Below are positions 15,018 through 28,301 of a stretch of DNA of 64,000 nucleotides, piece by piece (position 1 is the first letter of the stretch; every line of letters starts with the position of its first letter). The notes under the pieces are model-generated. The model ran no database searches. It was given only the letters and a program-made list of their open reading frames with translations, and was not told the origin of the DNA. Origin of the DNA: Amoebidium appalachense. Its lineage: Eukaryota; Protista; Ichthyosporea. The stretch is taken from the NCBI GenBank assembly GCA_963693365.1, contig CAVNZM010000001.1, forward strand, positions 15,238,418 through 15,302,417. The letters are read 5' to 3'. The translations under genes were made by a program, and so were the position numbers.

Positions 15018-15759
15018 TGTTGTGTGTGTGCGAGGGGGGGGGGGGGGGGGGGGGGGAGGGGGGGGAGGGATGGGGAAGGAGTGGAAAGAGCGGAAAGGAA
15101 AACAAGGTTAGACCTTGGACGAGAGAGAACTGTCGGTGCAGCAGTGGCAAAGCCCTCCCCCCCCCCCAAAAAAAAAAAAAAAAAAAGAAAGAAAGAAATA
15201 AAGAAAGAAAAGAAGGGAAAAAAAAAAAAAAAGCGATAGGATTTGCCGGCCAGTACCCACCCAAGGAGCGGTAGAAAAGCAAGACATGAATAAAAACTGT
15301 AAAACCCTTGTAGAGCCCCCAATTTGTTTTTTTTTTAAAAAAAAAAACCCAACACAGAGTACCAATAAGTCCGACCAAACCATAGAGCACCAATACAACA
15401 AAAAATGATTAAAAACCGCACTATAAAACACAACCAATCAAATGCAATATATAAATACGCATCTTACCGTGGGCAGATATACGCCGCTGCTAGCCCTACT
15501 GACGGGCCTGTCCCACTTGAAGCCTTCGATGAACTCCCGGCACTGTTTGGCCGTCCATCTTCGTGAGGGATCCACACACAGCATGCCCTTGAGTAAGATC
15601 CGGTAGCCCTCCGCCATGTGCACAAACGGCCCTGCATGGGGTGGGTGGGGGTTAGGATGTGTCACAGTGAACGGAGTCAGGTTCACGACGGACAACACAA
15701 CGCAGATTTTTGCACAGCGCACATAACGAGTATGCATCAATAGAGGTGGGGAAGGGGAA

Positions 15760-15806
<47 letters not shown>

Positions 15807-17128
15807 TGGATACTGTTAATTGCTGAACAGGGGGCAAAATCTATTGGTATCTTTATTCATCCATCTTGAAGACGTAAGCAAGCAACATCAACACATAACA
15901 CCTAGCAGTTGCAGCATATGCAGGCATGAAAACACTTCCGCTGAAATATCTGGTCAGCATATCTAATGCTTCCAAAAATCTAACATGCATGTCATTTAAC
16001 TTACAGCATTTGAGAGCCACAGACTTTCCAAGTCATAACGTGATGGTGAATAAACAGGATGAAAAGGGAGAGTGGGGAGAGGGGAGGGAGGGGGTCGGGA
16101 GGGGGGTAAGGGGGCATTGGGTATGAAATTTGGGGGTTTTACCCTGGTCTAGTCCGTTCCTCAGATAGGCCATGTACTCGGGGCTCTTGAACGTTGCATG
16201 GGCCCAGGGGAACCGACCAACGAGCATCGTGTACAGTACAATCTGGTTGGAGGAAAATCATGCGTTAGAAAGGTGGATAAGGAGAGACATAATGCAAGAT
16301 AGACTTGCTGTGTCAAAGTAATGCAACATAGTATGCAATGTACTAAATCCGTCCATCCCCCCGCTCTCACTCCCCCCGCGCTCCCCCCTCTTCCCCCACC
16401 TCCCCCCCCCCCCCCCCCCCCCCTCTCCAATCCCTCTTCCCTACCGCTTTCCAACTTAAATCAGTTCCCCCTCACTCTCAGTAGCTCTCATTTTGTTCTA
16501 AAATGATTGCTTAACCCCCCCCCCCCCCCCCCCCCCCCCCTCCCTTGATCCCTTCCCCGCCAACTAGATATAAATACACCAACCAATAACCTCTCTTACC
16601 CCCCCCCACCACCACCCCTCCCCTCCCTCCCCCCACGACCTACATCATCACCCCCCCCCCCCCCCCCCCCCCCAACACCACCACCACCACCACCCGAATA
16701 AAATGCCACGACAAGTTAAAATAAAATCTTAAAAATTGAATAAAAAGCCAACACTTACCCCGGTGGCCCAGACGTCAATGGACTTGTAGTCGTAGTCGTA
16801 AACATAGCCCACAGCCATTGCCGCAGTCTTGGCATTTGGAGTCATCTGATTTGAAAAATAAGAAGTCAGGAAAACTAATGGTTGCAAAGGCATAAAAGCA
16901 AATATAAACTCAAGTCAGCTAGTTTGTGAAAATGTTCAAGCGGTTTCCAAAGGGGTTGAGTGGTCTTGAAGGGGAGGAGGGAAGGGATGCGGGGGGAGGG
17001 GGGTGGGGGGGTGGTGGGGGAAAGAGGGGGGAGGGAGGAAGGGATTTGGGTCTGCATCCTGGGGCAAAACGTGCCTCCCTCCCGACTTCTTAAGGACACA
17101 CACACACGTGCACACACACGCGTGCGCG

Positions 17129-17162
<34 letters not shown>

Positions 17163-17422
17163 GGCACGCACACACACACACACACGCACACACGTACCCC
17201 CCCTATCTGTGTCTGCACCGAGTTCATGCTGATCCACAGCTCAGGCGCCATGTAGGGCACAGTGCCAACACGGGGCTGGAGGTCTTGAGAGCCCCCTCGA
17301 AGCCTAGATGTGGGAAGGTGGGAAGGAGGGAAAGTGGGAAAGTAGGGGGTGGAAAGGGTGGGGTGGGGGTGGGGTGGGGTGGAGGGGGAGGGGGGGTGAA
17401 GAAGAGGGGGCGAGGGGAAGGG

Positions 17423-17453
<31 letters not shown>

Positions 17454-17556
17454 GGGGGCAGGTTAGGCATATTTTTTGTCACCGTCAAATGACTGGTATG
17501 TACATCAAGGAGAATGCTCTTTTCACACTATATTCTGAACAAACACATGCACACTT

Positions 17557-17591
<35 letters not shown>

Positions 17592-17824
17592 TTATCCTCC
17601 CCCCGGCTTGCGTCCCTTTTCCTTTACACAGATATACGCACACACGCAAAGGTTAATCCACCAAGAAAGAAACATTCAAATTTCCCGTGAAAGTTGGCCG
17701 TGGTGGTGTGTGGAGGAGGAGGAGGAGGGGGGGGGGGGGGGGGGGAGGGGGGAGGGGGAGACGTTTTGGTGCTCACATGTGCATCTCTGCTTGTGTGTGT
17801 GTGTGTGTGTGTGTGCATCTCTGC

Positions 17825-17864
<40 letters not shown>

Positions 17865-18416
17865 TGACTACTAGGGAAGGGGATGTGGGACGGCAAAGGC
17901 GGGGTGGAGGGGGATTGGGGAGGGGGGCGGGGGAAGAGGGGGGGGGGGCCGTACTTGGTAAGAGGTAGAGAGAGAAGCGGGGAGGGTTCAGGGGGGAAAA
18001 GGAAGGGAAGGGGAAGAAGTGTAGTAGTATTCAGTGCCTAAGGGTAGACAGTTTAGCAAGGGAGGTAGGGTGCAAAACGTACGATTCAGCGAGTCCAAAG
18101 TCGATCAGCTTAACCTGCTGCTTGTTCTCCGTCAGACATATGTTCTCCGGCTTGATGTCTCTGTGCACTATGTGCATGCCGTGCATGTACTCAAGGCACA
18201 TGCACAGTTGCTGGATGTAGGCACGCGTGAGGGGCTCGGGGCAGCCCACGTCCGGTTGCACGCAGTCGAAAAGGTCACCACCGCCAACAAACTCCTGTTT
18301 TATGCCGTGTGTGTGTGGTGGTGGTGGTGGTGGGGGGGGGGGGGGGGAGGGGGGGGAGAGGGGGTGAGGGTGGAAGGGGGGGGGGGGGGGGGGGGGGGAG
18401 GGGGAAGTGTGCGGAT

Positions 18417-18472
<56 letters not shown>

Positions 18473-19087
18473 GTGCGTGCGTGCGTGTATGTGCGTGTGT
18501 GTGTACACGTGGTGTGTATACAGAGTGTGTGGATGGAGAAAAATAGAGGGACGGTTAGCGGGAGGGAAGGTGGGTACATGATGATGACGGAGTGAATGGT
18601 GGGTGAAGAGTGGAAAGGGAGGAGAACGGAAGGCATGGAAGGACGGGGTGAAACACAGGGGGTAGGGTTAGGGATGGAGAGGTGAGAGTGGTGGGGAGGG
18701 GGCTTTGAGGGATTGGGAAGGAAGGGGCTTTTTCCAAGGGGGTTTATTTTTGGATCTCATAAACCACAACCCCATTCGTCTAATCCAAAAGGGTTCTTTC
18801 CTTTTAACCTCTTTCCCTCTTTTTTTTTCAGGAATGCAAATTGCCGCATTCCATGCATACCACACATTCCACGCATACCGACCTGGAGCATGGCAAATTC
18901 CTTGGTGCCGTCCACCACGGCCTCCACGATGGCAATGTTTGGATGCTTCAGCTGGCACTGGATGTTGGCTTCCTTGACCAGGTGCATGATATCGTCATTG
19001 TCCGTCTGGTGTTTTTTTTTTTTTTTTTTTTTTTTTTTTGGGGGGGGGGGGGGGGGTGGGGCGGGGAAAGGGAGGGGAGAGGGGAAG

Positions 19088-19125
<38 letters not shown>

Positions 19126-19671
19126 GGTGGTGGAATACAGTGTCAAGTTACCGTTGCAGCGAAGTGGTGATTCGTAAGAGGTCGGGAGGGAAGGGGGGGA
19201 GTGGGGGGAGTGTGTGGGCGGCAGAAGGGATGGAAGGAGGGGGGAGAGAGGGGAAGGGGGAGAAGGGGGGGGGGGGGGGGAGGGGGGGAGAAGTGGGGAA
19301 TCAACGATAAGAAACAAGGGAAATCTCTTTATGTGGAATGTCATTTGGAGATGTAGGAGTGCGGAGGGTGAAGAGGCCAGGGAGTAAAATGGAATAAAAG
19401 GAGGGAGGGTTGTTGTTGTTGTTGTGTGTGTGTGTGTGTGGGGGGGGGGGGGGGAGGGGGGGGAGGCAAGGGAAATGTGTTGAAGGGAACATGCTGCTAG
19501 CACTGGTTTGGGAAAATCTATTGGGGGGTCCTTTAAAGTTATTTTTCATATTGGGGGGGGGGGGGGCTCTTTACCTTTTTCGTCTCCCTCTTCATGGCCA
19601 CTTTCACCCCTGTCTTTCGGTGCACCGCCAAGTCGACACGTGTGCAGGGCCCCTGGCTGAGCTGCTGAACG

Positions 19672-19745
<74 letters not shown>

Positions 19746-20076
19746 CGTGTGTATGTGTGTGTGTGTGTGTGTGTGTATGTGTGCGTGTGTGTGTGTGTGT
19801 GTGTGCGTGTGTGCGTGTGCGTGCGTGTGTGTGTGTGCATGTGTGCGTGTGTGTGCGTGTGTGCTTGTCTTGTGTGTGTGCATGTATTTGAACGCAGCTA
19901 TGGGGGAAAGGATGTGTAGGGAGGTTATTATGTGCTGCAGGATACGAATTACACATTCACAACGGACAACACCATACAGTTTTACAAGGAGGTCTAAGCG
20001 CCGGCTGTCGCCGGCGCCTAAAACGAGTCAAAGTGGATGAGTATGGCAACGATGGACACTCATACAAACCACACTG

Positions 20077-20158
<82 letters not shown>

Positions 20159-20291
20159 CACATGTACACGCGTACGTACGATGCACCCCCGGGTACGGCA
20201 TGTATTCACACGAACAAAGTTCCACACACACTTTGTTTCAGACACACACACACAACACACGCACAATACACACACACACACACACACGCAC

Positions 20292-20360
<69 letters not shown>

Positions 20361-20387
20361 GCACGCACGCGCACACACACACACACA

Positions 20388-20440
<53 letters not shown>

Positions 20441-21756
20441 AACTGTCCATCCTCGTCACATGCATAGTCGGATATATTTACTTGATGCGTCAAAGGGTGT
20501 TCATTGGTTGATATATTTACTTATGGCGTCCAATTCTCCAAGTTCATTCGTCGTACGTACTATCGAAAGGAGGCGAAATCGGCATCGGGCACGTTGTGAT
20601 TTTTATCATAGCATTTATCGAAAAGTAAAAAAATGGATTTTTTACGATGTTTTATTATTTTTGCTAGACCAATAGTCATACCCGAGCGCCATGGCATGTA
20701 GCCGAGAACGGTCCTTTTTGACTCAGGGTTGCATTAGTTCATACCCTGACACCTACAGCCACACGTAGCGGCTGCTTACCTCCCTTTTTGCCCTCTAATA
20801 CTTTGTTCTGAATCAATTTTAGACTTAAACTTTTTATATTTTTTGACACAAACACCTCCACACGTTAATATTCTTCTATGCTGCTTGGTTTTATGCGCGT
20901 TTCGGCTTTTGATTTCGCTATGCAAATCTCCGCGGGTTGCATAGTCAGTGATTAGTCACTGGGCCAGATTACGGGAAGGTCAAACGGTCGTTATAATATT
21001 AGTTAATACAGAGCACACACAAAGACCCCCGAGGGTGGACGGGGGGGGGGGGGGGGGGGGGGGGGGGAGTTGCGCTTGATGGAGAATGTTTGGAAACCCT
21101 AAAACTAGAGGCTTGACATTGAAGCGACCTTCCCTCATCCCCCCTCACCCCCTCCCTCTCGCAAAAAACCACCACCACCAGTGCGCTAGTTTCTGTGTCT
21201 TTCACAATAGACAAAACCTCAACCCAGCCCCTCCCCCACCTTCCACCCACGCTCCACCCCCCTCTTCCCTTTCCCCCCCCCCCCCCCCTCTCCCCGCCCC
21301 TCCTTCACACACACACACACACACACACGGACACACACGGACACACACACACACACACACACTCACACACACACACACACCCAACCACCCACAAATGAGC
21401 TATTTTTATCCTCTTAAAGCACACACGTACTCTGGTACTCATCCAGCATGTTCGTAACCAGCCTCTGCTGTGTCTTCTTTAAGTCGCCGCCCGTGCCGGG
21501 CACCTGAATGGTGCAGCTCTCAGGGGGCACGGTGATGGGGATGGTCAGGAACCCGGACCTGTGGGGGCCGGCTGTCTCCTTCATCTCCTTGCGCCCTGCC
21601 TCCGTCTGGTCCAACTGTGTACGTGTGTACGTGTGTGTGTGTGTACGTGTGTATGTGTGTATGTGTGTGGTGGGGTGGGGAGGGGGGGGGGGAGTGTGGG
21701 TGAGTGCGGGGGTGGGATGGGGGGGGAAGGGGGGGAGGGGGTGTGGGTGAGTGCGG

Positions 21757-21813
<57 letters not shown>

Positions 21814-23187
21814 TTAGTGGGTGAGTGTGTGAGTGAGTGAGTGTTTGTAGGTTCGTGTATGGCGTTTACGATGTGCATGTGTACGTATGTGTGTGTGTGT
21901 GTCCGTGTGCGTCCGTGTGTGTGTGCAAGGTGGAGAAACAATGAGGAAGGAGGAGACGAGGTAAGGGAGGAATGATAGAGATGAGGGGAAGGAGGAGGGG
22001 TTCTTTTTGGGAGGGAGAGACATGCAGGCGTGGCAAGGGTGGGGTGTGTGGGGGGGGGGGTGGGGGGGGGTGGGGGTGAGGAGTGGGGCGGCGGAGAGGA
22101 TAGGAGGCCCGGGCAGGATGGAATATGTCGGAAAGACTGATAAGAGTGGTCGTTAAAATCAATTCTAAGTATAGCTCCAGAAGGATTAAAGATATAGTGT
22201 GTTGCACGGGGAAGACACGAGGGGATGATGGGGAAGAAGGGGGAAGGAAGACTTCCATAGTAAAAGAATGATTGCTATGATCATTCTGTAACTTTATTAT
22301 CAAGGATACATGGTGAGCCTTATTCCCGTTTCATAGAAAGTGACAAACAAACTCAACAAGGAACAACAAATGAAGAGATTTAGAGTTGTAAAAGCAGACA
22401 AATGTGTTTCCGGGCACGTGCACAAAGCAACACGCATTTACACCACACCTAAAACAATTCGAACCGTGACCTTTTTCATACCAAGGCAACTACATAAATC
22501 AAAACTCCTCGCTGGGTACTCAAACACAAGCAAGAGCAAAATATAGACTTAATACACATTCCTTCCGTCTTTCATGAATGGTCTGCACTACACCACTCAA
22601 ACACTCACTCATGTTCGGCCATATTTTTTCCTGTTTCACAGCACTTAACAACCGCGACTCTACTGTCGTTCCCGTCAGCCAAAAGAACATAGCAAAAAGA
22701 AAAAGAGAGGCTCGAACATATTTCACAAGCATTAGACCCCTCTCGTTCCCTTCAGCCACATCAGAAAAAGGCAAAAAGGAAAAAAAGAAAAGATAGAAAG
22801 GAGAAATGGAACTCAAACATATTTCACGTTCACATGACGACAAACTGTTCAGAAGGTATAGTACAAACGGCAGTGCAAAACGCAGTGCAAACAGTAGAGG
22901 TGCAAACAGTGAGAAACATTCTTTCACCTACATCTCCGTCCTGGCTCATGTAGCCCCCCCCCGTGGGTGCTGTTGCTTGCCGTGCTTGGCCGCCTAGCGC
23001 CGCCCTCCGCCTTCCAAAAGCCAGAGCAACCCACACACTCCTTCATCTGCTTAAACATGTTCGCTACACCGGAGGCAAAAGCGCACAAATAAGCCCAAAA
23101 GGCAGCAAAAATCGCCCAAACACCACTTGGCTCTTCTTGTAATGTTGCTTGTTTTGCTTGTATGATGCCTAACTTTATGGGTGTCAT
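14840..23187 (-). CDS. Ser/Thr protein kinase, SBK/NKF1-like (multi-exon)
   Basis: Phase-consistent GT-AG exons: 21614-21431, 19672-19575 (VAMK), 19005-18883 (alphaC E, HPNI), 18294-18083 (GDLFD, HRDIKPEN, DFG), 17303-17219 (GTVPYMAPE), 16845-16759 (DVWATG), 16242-16143 (GRFPW), 15631-15468 (DPSRR), 14948-14840. The first exon ends at 22932, starting at 22949, or at 23187 if a G-run is one base too long. Terminal exon(s) near 14194-14560 are unresolved. Confidence 0.9.
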
Positions 23188-25716
23188 GCTGCAAACACTT
23201 ATTGTCTTGTTTTTACAACGTGCGCGTAATCCTTGCTAGAGGATAGTGCTACATACGCGTACGAAAATGCACTACACGCACACAAGAGTTTGTGAGCAGG
23301 CAAGGGGTGATTTTATACGGTCTCAGACGGCAGACCTGTTGCGCCGAGGGGCTGAACCCGCCAGGCGTTTATCTGCCTGCCTCTGATTGGTGGAAAAATA
23401 TCCTGCTAACCATATATGGTGCGTATCAAAACGAATTTCTTTGAAGCTAAGCCTTGCTCATCTATTGTGGGAGAGAGCTCTGAGATGGCAGGCATTTATG
23501 CATATGGGAAGGGCCGTTCAACACATAATGTAGCATTACATCTATAACTTGTTTGATTATAGGTAGGCTTAGTTATCTATTTATGTACACACTATGATAT
23601 TTACTCTGCCGAAAATGCGGTTTTCGTCACAGAAACACTGTATGACTAGATCGCGGCAGATAAATTTGCGCAGATGTCAACCTTGGAAGTGCACAGAAGA
23701 TTTTGGGCCTTCTCCCTATGTGCTCAGCCGCAATCTAGCTTATCTACCTGCAAATTTAACAAATTAGTAATATGACATATGCTGCATATTAGCTTTTTGC
23801 TGTTTTGCCTTAGTGGTGGTTCTCTGCAAGCACATCCGATCGATTATGCAGTTTTGCACTCCTCTGATGTGTGATGCGCTCCGATCCAATCATCGTTCCC
23901 TTTGGCACAGAAAGCAGTGGCTCACTCATCCCTCGTTTGATTGGATGCAATAAAAAAGGGCTATCCACTCAGAACTGATTTTAAATTATCTTTGTCCTTG
24001 ACATTCCTTCGCCGCCGGCAACTTTTTTGAGCGTGTACACTAGTAGCACTTGTTTCTCAAGGGAAAAACGTTTTTTAAAAGCTACGGTAAAGTCAACCAA
24101 AGTCATGTACGACGGCTGAAAGGACACTCAAGACGTGCCTCCTTCACTACACACGTAGCTCGCGCTGCGCCTCCCGTGGCACAATCGGTGCGTTCGCCTC
24201 GCTGCAGACAAAACAGCTTTGAGCTGCGCATGTACGTGACACCTTCATGCCTCAAAAAAACATGCACCGTAAATAAACGAACGTCTTGTCCATCCAGCAC
24301 CGCCCTTCACATCTCCCTTCAGGTGGTTACCAGTCTTTCTAGCAAAATTGTACACAGAGTGATACCGCTTTACAGACATGGAAAAATGTTCGTGCCGTAA
24401 GTTACACACTAGTACTACTTTCGAATTCATTTCCGCATCCACCTGGCTACGAGGCCATGCATAGCCGGAGGAACCACCACGGTGTTCAACAGGATTTTTC
24501 CTCGTGCCAATTAGAGACTCTCTACATTGCATTCTTGTGTGGTGGGGTGGGGTCGTCGGGTTTTGCCTGTGGTGTAGCGTGTGGTCACCGTGACGGTGAT
24601 AACACATGTACTTGTGACGGTGTGGCTAGTTAAGCAACCATATGAACCTTTGAAATCTGACGGTACCGGCGTTGGTAATGACGGTGGGGCATCTGGGATT
24701 CGGCGTGTGCATCTAGGTAGGTTGTGGGGTGGTGGCTTATGGAGTTATGATGCATGTGTGTGGGCCGGTGTGTGTCCTGCCACAGTGCTTCTGTCCCCGC
24801 TTTCGGGTGGGTGTGCACGTGGAAGAGAATAAATTTGTGCTGTTTGTGACGTCTGGGAACGTCTTTGTGGCGTTTGGGGGCGTTTTGATTGTGTTTGTTT
24901 GTATTTTATACCACGTTTAAGCGTCCAGGTGCGGGAAGAGAAGGAGAGAATCGGCGAGACACACACATCGGGTTTGCGGGATATAAGAAAAAGTGTCCCG
25001 CTCTTTCGATCTCCAGGACCTGTAGCCTACATGCTAGCGCTAACGAGGGATTTCAAGCCTGGGGATGTACTATTCACGTTATATCTTGCACCAGTGTTAA
25101 GTTTTTGGGCCGCAGAAAGGCCCGTAGTCACTGGGAAAGGATATTAATATGGCGTACCAGTTTCGGGAGGGGCTACACAACAAATCGAATTTCTGTGGTG
25201 GTTTTCCGTGGGTCGACGTGGTCTTCGTGGGTTCGGTGTGGGTGGTTCGTTGCCCAGCCGTGGTTATGGACCTTTTTCCTCTGTCCTCCACCATCCAGCA
25301 CAATAGGGACAATAGGGGCGAGGGGAGGGAGGCGAGGGGAGGGGGGAGGAGGGGGGGACGTACTGTATGAGTGTCACGTGTGTGTGTCAGTGTATCGAAT
25401 GGGGGAGGAGGGATATGGATGCCACGCGATCGGGTCAGGGGGAGGGGGGGGGGGGGGAGGGGGAGGGGGGGGGGAAGGGGGGTACCGATGGGGGGGGGGG
25501 GTTGGGGGGGGGTGGGGAGGGGGGGACCATATGCATATTTGTATGGAAGACAGTGTGATCGAAGTGCGAGGCCTACATTAAGTTCTTATTACACAGCTCC
25601 GGACCAGCCGGCCGCACATAAAACATAATGGGTCCGATCTCACGCAGAACTCCAAGCAGTGTCAATCCATCCAGTGTCTGTACGTGACGCTGTTACCAGG
25701 CATACCACCCCCCCCG

Positions 25717-25772
<56 letters not shown>

Positions 25773-25846
25773 GACGAATCCACAAACCCCGTTGAGAACG
25801 TGTACATGGGAAAGGAGCCAGCCACATCACCCCGTTAAAATATAAT

Positions 25847-26716
25847 TCATTCCATCTTCAAATCATCCGCTTTCCTAAAAATATCAATCCCGTGTCTTCG
25901 CTTTCTCGTCTCCCCAGCACTCAGCGCATACATCACCAGGCCCACAAACCCCGCATCGCATCCTAAAAACGCAACCATAATCAAATTTCCTACACCCCCG
26001 CCAAACCAATAACACAAGTGTCTGTCAATTAGGAACCCCCCAAGAAATACCAAACAGCAAACGAACGAAAATCCTAGCCAGGACACTTCCTTTGGCACAT
26101 GTCCCGAATTTCGGTATGGGATGAGCGCCAACAACAGTATGGCAGTATTTGCAGCCGCAATCGTAACAAACAGATACAGAAATTCGGCCACAAATGGGAA
26201 TTTATGATGATAGCCCCACCATATTGCCAGGGTAGAAAGAGGGAAATAGCATAAAGACGCCGCTCGCGTTTGAAAATTTCGATCGTCGATGATTACGGAA
26301 TCAACTAGACTTCCCAGCAGAATGAAAAAGGAAGAAGAAGAGGTGAAAGAAATATCCACAACGAGCAGAAATGCCCACAATTCCGTATCCGTGTGCCGAT
26401 ACACACAGTGGCACAACCATGCTGAAACATTCATACACGCAAAAAAAAGGAACGAAACCCCCCAAGAAAACATGCCAAGGTCACGCATACACCTCCAACA
26501 CCTGAAAAAACCCCACCCACCCACAATTACGCCCAGAGCGCAGGCCAGCGTGAGCCATGGCCACTGTATAACGACCCCTGAAATTTCAACTTCCGGTATG
26601 GGGCACATTTCGAGAGACTCTGGGGGGAACAAATGGCTCCAAAATTGCGGGATATACTCTTGGATAGACCGACAGATGTCTGGGAAAACCTCCTCCAGAA
26701 AAGCAGCCGAAGCCAT
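25847..26716 (-). CDS. Hypothetical multi-pass (about 7 TM) membrane protein, single coding exon
   Basis: 289-aa ATG-to-stop ORF in non-repetitive sequence with regularly spaced hydrophobic segments and a basic C-terminal tail. Confidence 0.75.
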   Translation of the reverse strand: MASAAFLEEVFPDICRSIQEYIPQFWSHLFPPESLEMCPIPEVEISGVVIQWPWLTLACALGVIVGGWGFFRCWRCMRDLGMFSWGVSFLFFACMNVSAWLCHCVYRHTDTELWAFLLVVDISFTSSSSFFILLGSLVDSVIIDDRNFQTRAASLCYFPLSTLAIWWGYHHKFPFVAEFLYLFVTIAAANTAILLLALIPYRNSGHVPKEVSWLGFSFVCCLVFLGGFLIDRHLCYWFGGGVGNLIMVAFLGCDAGFVGLVMYALSAGETRKRRHGIDIFRKADDLKME

Positions 26717-26763
26717 GATTCCGTGTGGTGAGAATGGTGCAAGTTAGAGAAAAGGGGGGGAAG

Positions 26764-26850
<87 letters not shown>

Positions 26851-27657
26851 GGGGGGGGGGATAAGGAGGAGAGTGGGGCGTGTGGGAGGGGGGGCTGGGT
26901 GGGTGGGGGAGAGGGTGGGGGGAAAGGGGGAAGAGGGGGGCTGTTTGGGAAGGATGGGGGGGGGGGGGGGGGGAGGGCTGGGGTGGAGGTGGGGCAGAGG
27001 AGGGTAGGTGGGGAAGGGCAAAGTCTCCCTCCTCTTTAGAAGTTGAACTCTGCGAAATAAAACACACAAAGGTCAGTCTGATGCCACACATCGTTAATCC
27101 TAGGCCCTATGCGTACTTCTGCAGATGCATGGAAGAGCCACACCGTAGCCCAGGGACCACGAAAGACGGAATGCCTAAGAAGCAAACTTTTTTTTTTCTT
27201 CTCATTTTCCACGTGACCAAACCTTCTCACCCCCTCCCCCTCCCCTCCCCCTACCCCCCGCCTTCCCTCCGTGCTACCACGGCGCACATGTATTAACACA
27301 CAGACACAGACAGACAGATATATATATATATATATATATATATGTAGACTCATACGGAGACACTCACACACATGCTCCTCTTTTGCCCTTTCTGTTACTC
27401 AGCCACGGGCGCCTTGGGGGAGGCCGGGGGGGGGGGGGGGGGGGGGAGGGGAGGGGGGGGGATGGAAGCGGCTGAAGAAGGATGTTAACTTTGTAAAGAG
27501 TGGAAAGAATAGGCGGATGTGTGGGGGGTTGTGGGTTGCGTAAAATAAGGCACAGGTGCAATGTATGATGCTGAGTAACAGATTGTGCGAGAGAAAAATG
27601 GATAAATTGGGAGGGGACAGATCACAAGAGCCTTGCACATGATTGAGACACCTGTGT

Positions 27658-27695
<38 letters not shown>

Positions 27696-27818
27696 TGTGT
27701 GGTCAGGTGAGGCGGGCGGGGGGCAAGGGGGGGGTGGGGGGAAGGGGGAGGGGGCAAGGAGGGGAGTGAGGGGGGAGGGGAGGGAGGGGAAGCAGGGAGG
27801 GAGGGAAGGGGGGAGGGG

Positions 27819-27852
<34 letters not shown>

Positions 27853-27994
27853 GGAGGGAGGGAGAGAGAAGGGGGTGGGGAGAGGGATGGGGAGAGAGGG
27901 GGGAGGGGAGAGAGAGATAGCGAGAGAGAAAGAGAGAGAGAGGAGGGAGGGAGGGAGGGAGGGAGCAAGGCAGGCAGGGGGGGGGGGGGGGGGG

Positions 27995-28065
<71 letters not shown>

Positions 28066-28122
28066 GGATGGGGGGTGGGTCAAACAGTGGACGTGTGTGC
28101 AACACAGGTTGGGGGCGGGGGG

Positions 28123-28153
<31 letters not shown>

Positions 28154-28178
28154 CGGAGGAAAGGCGGAAGGGAGCTGC

Positions 28179-28217
<39 letters not shown>

Positions 28218-28269
28218 AGCAGGGGGGGGGGGGGGGGGGAGGGGCAGTCATGGAAGCACATACGGTGGG

Positions 28270-28301
<32 letters not shown>

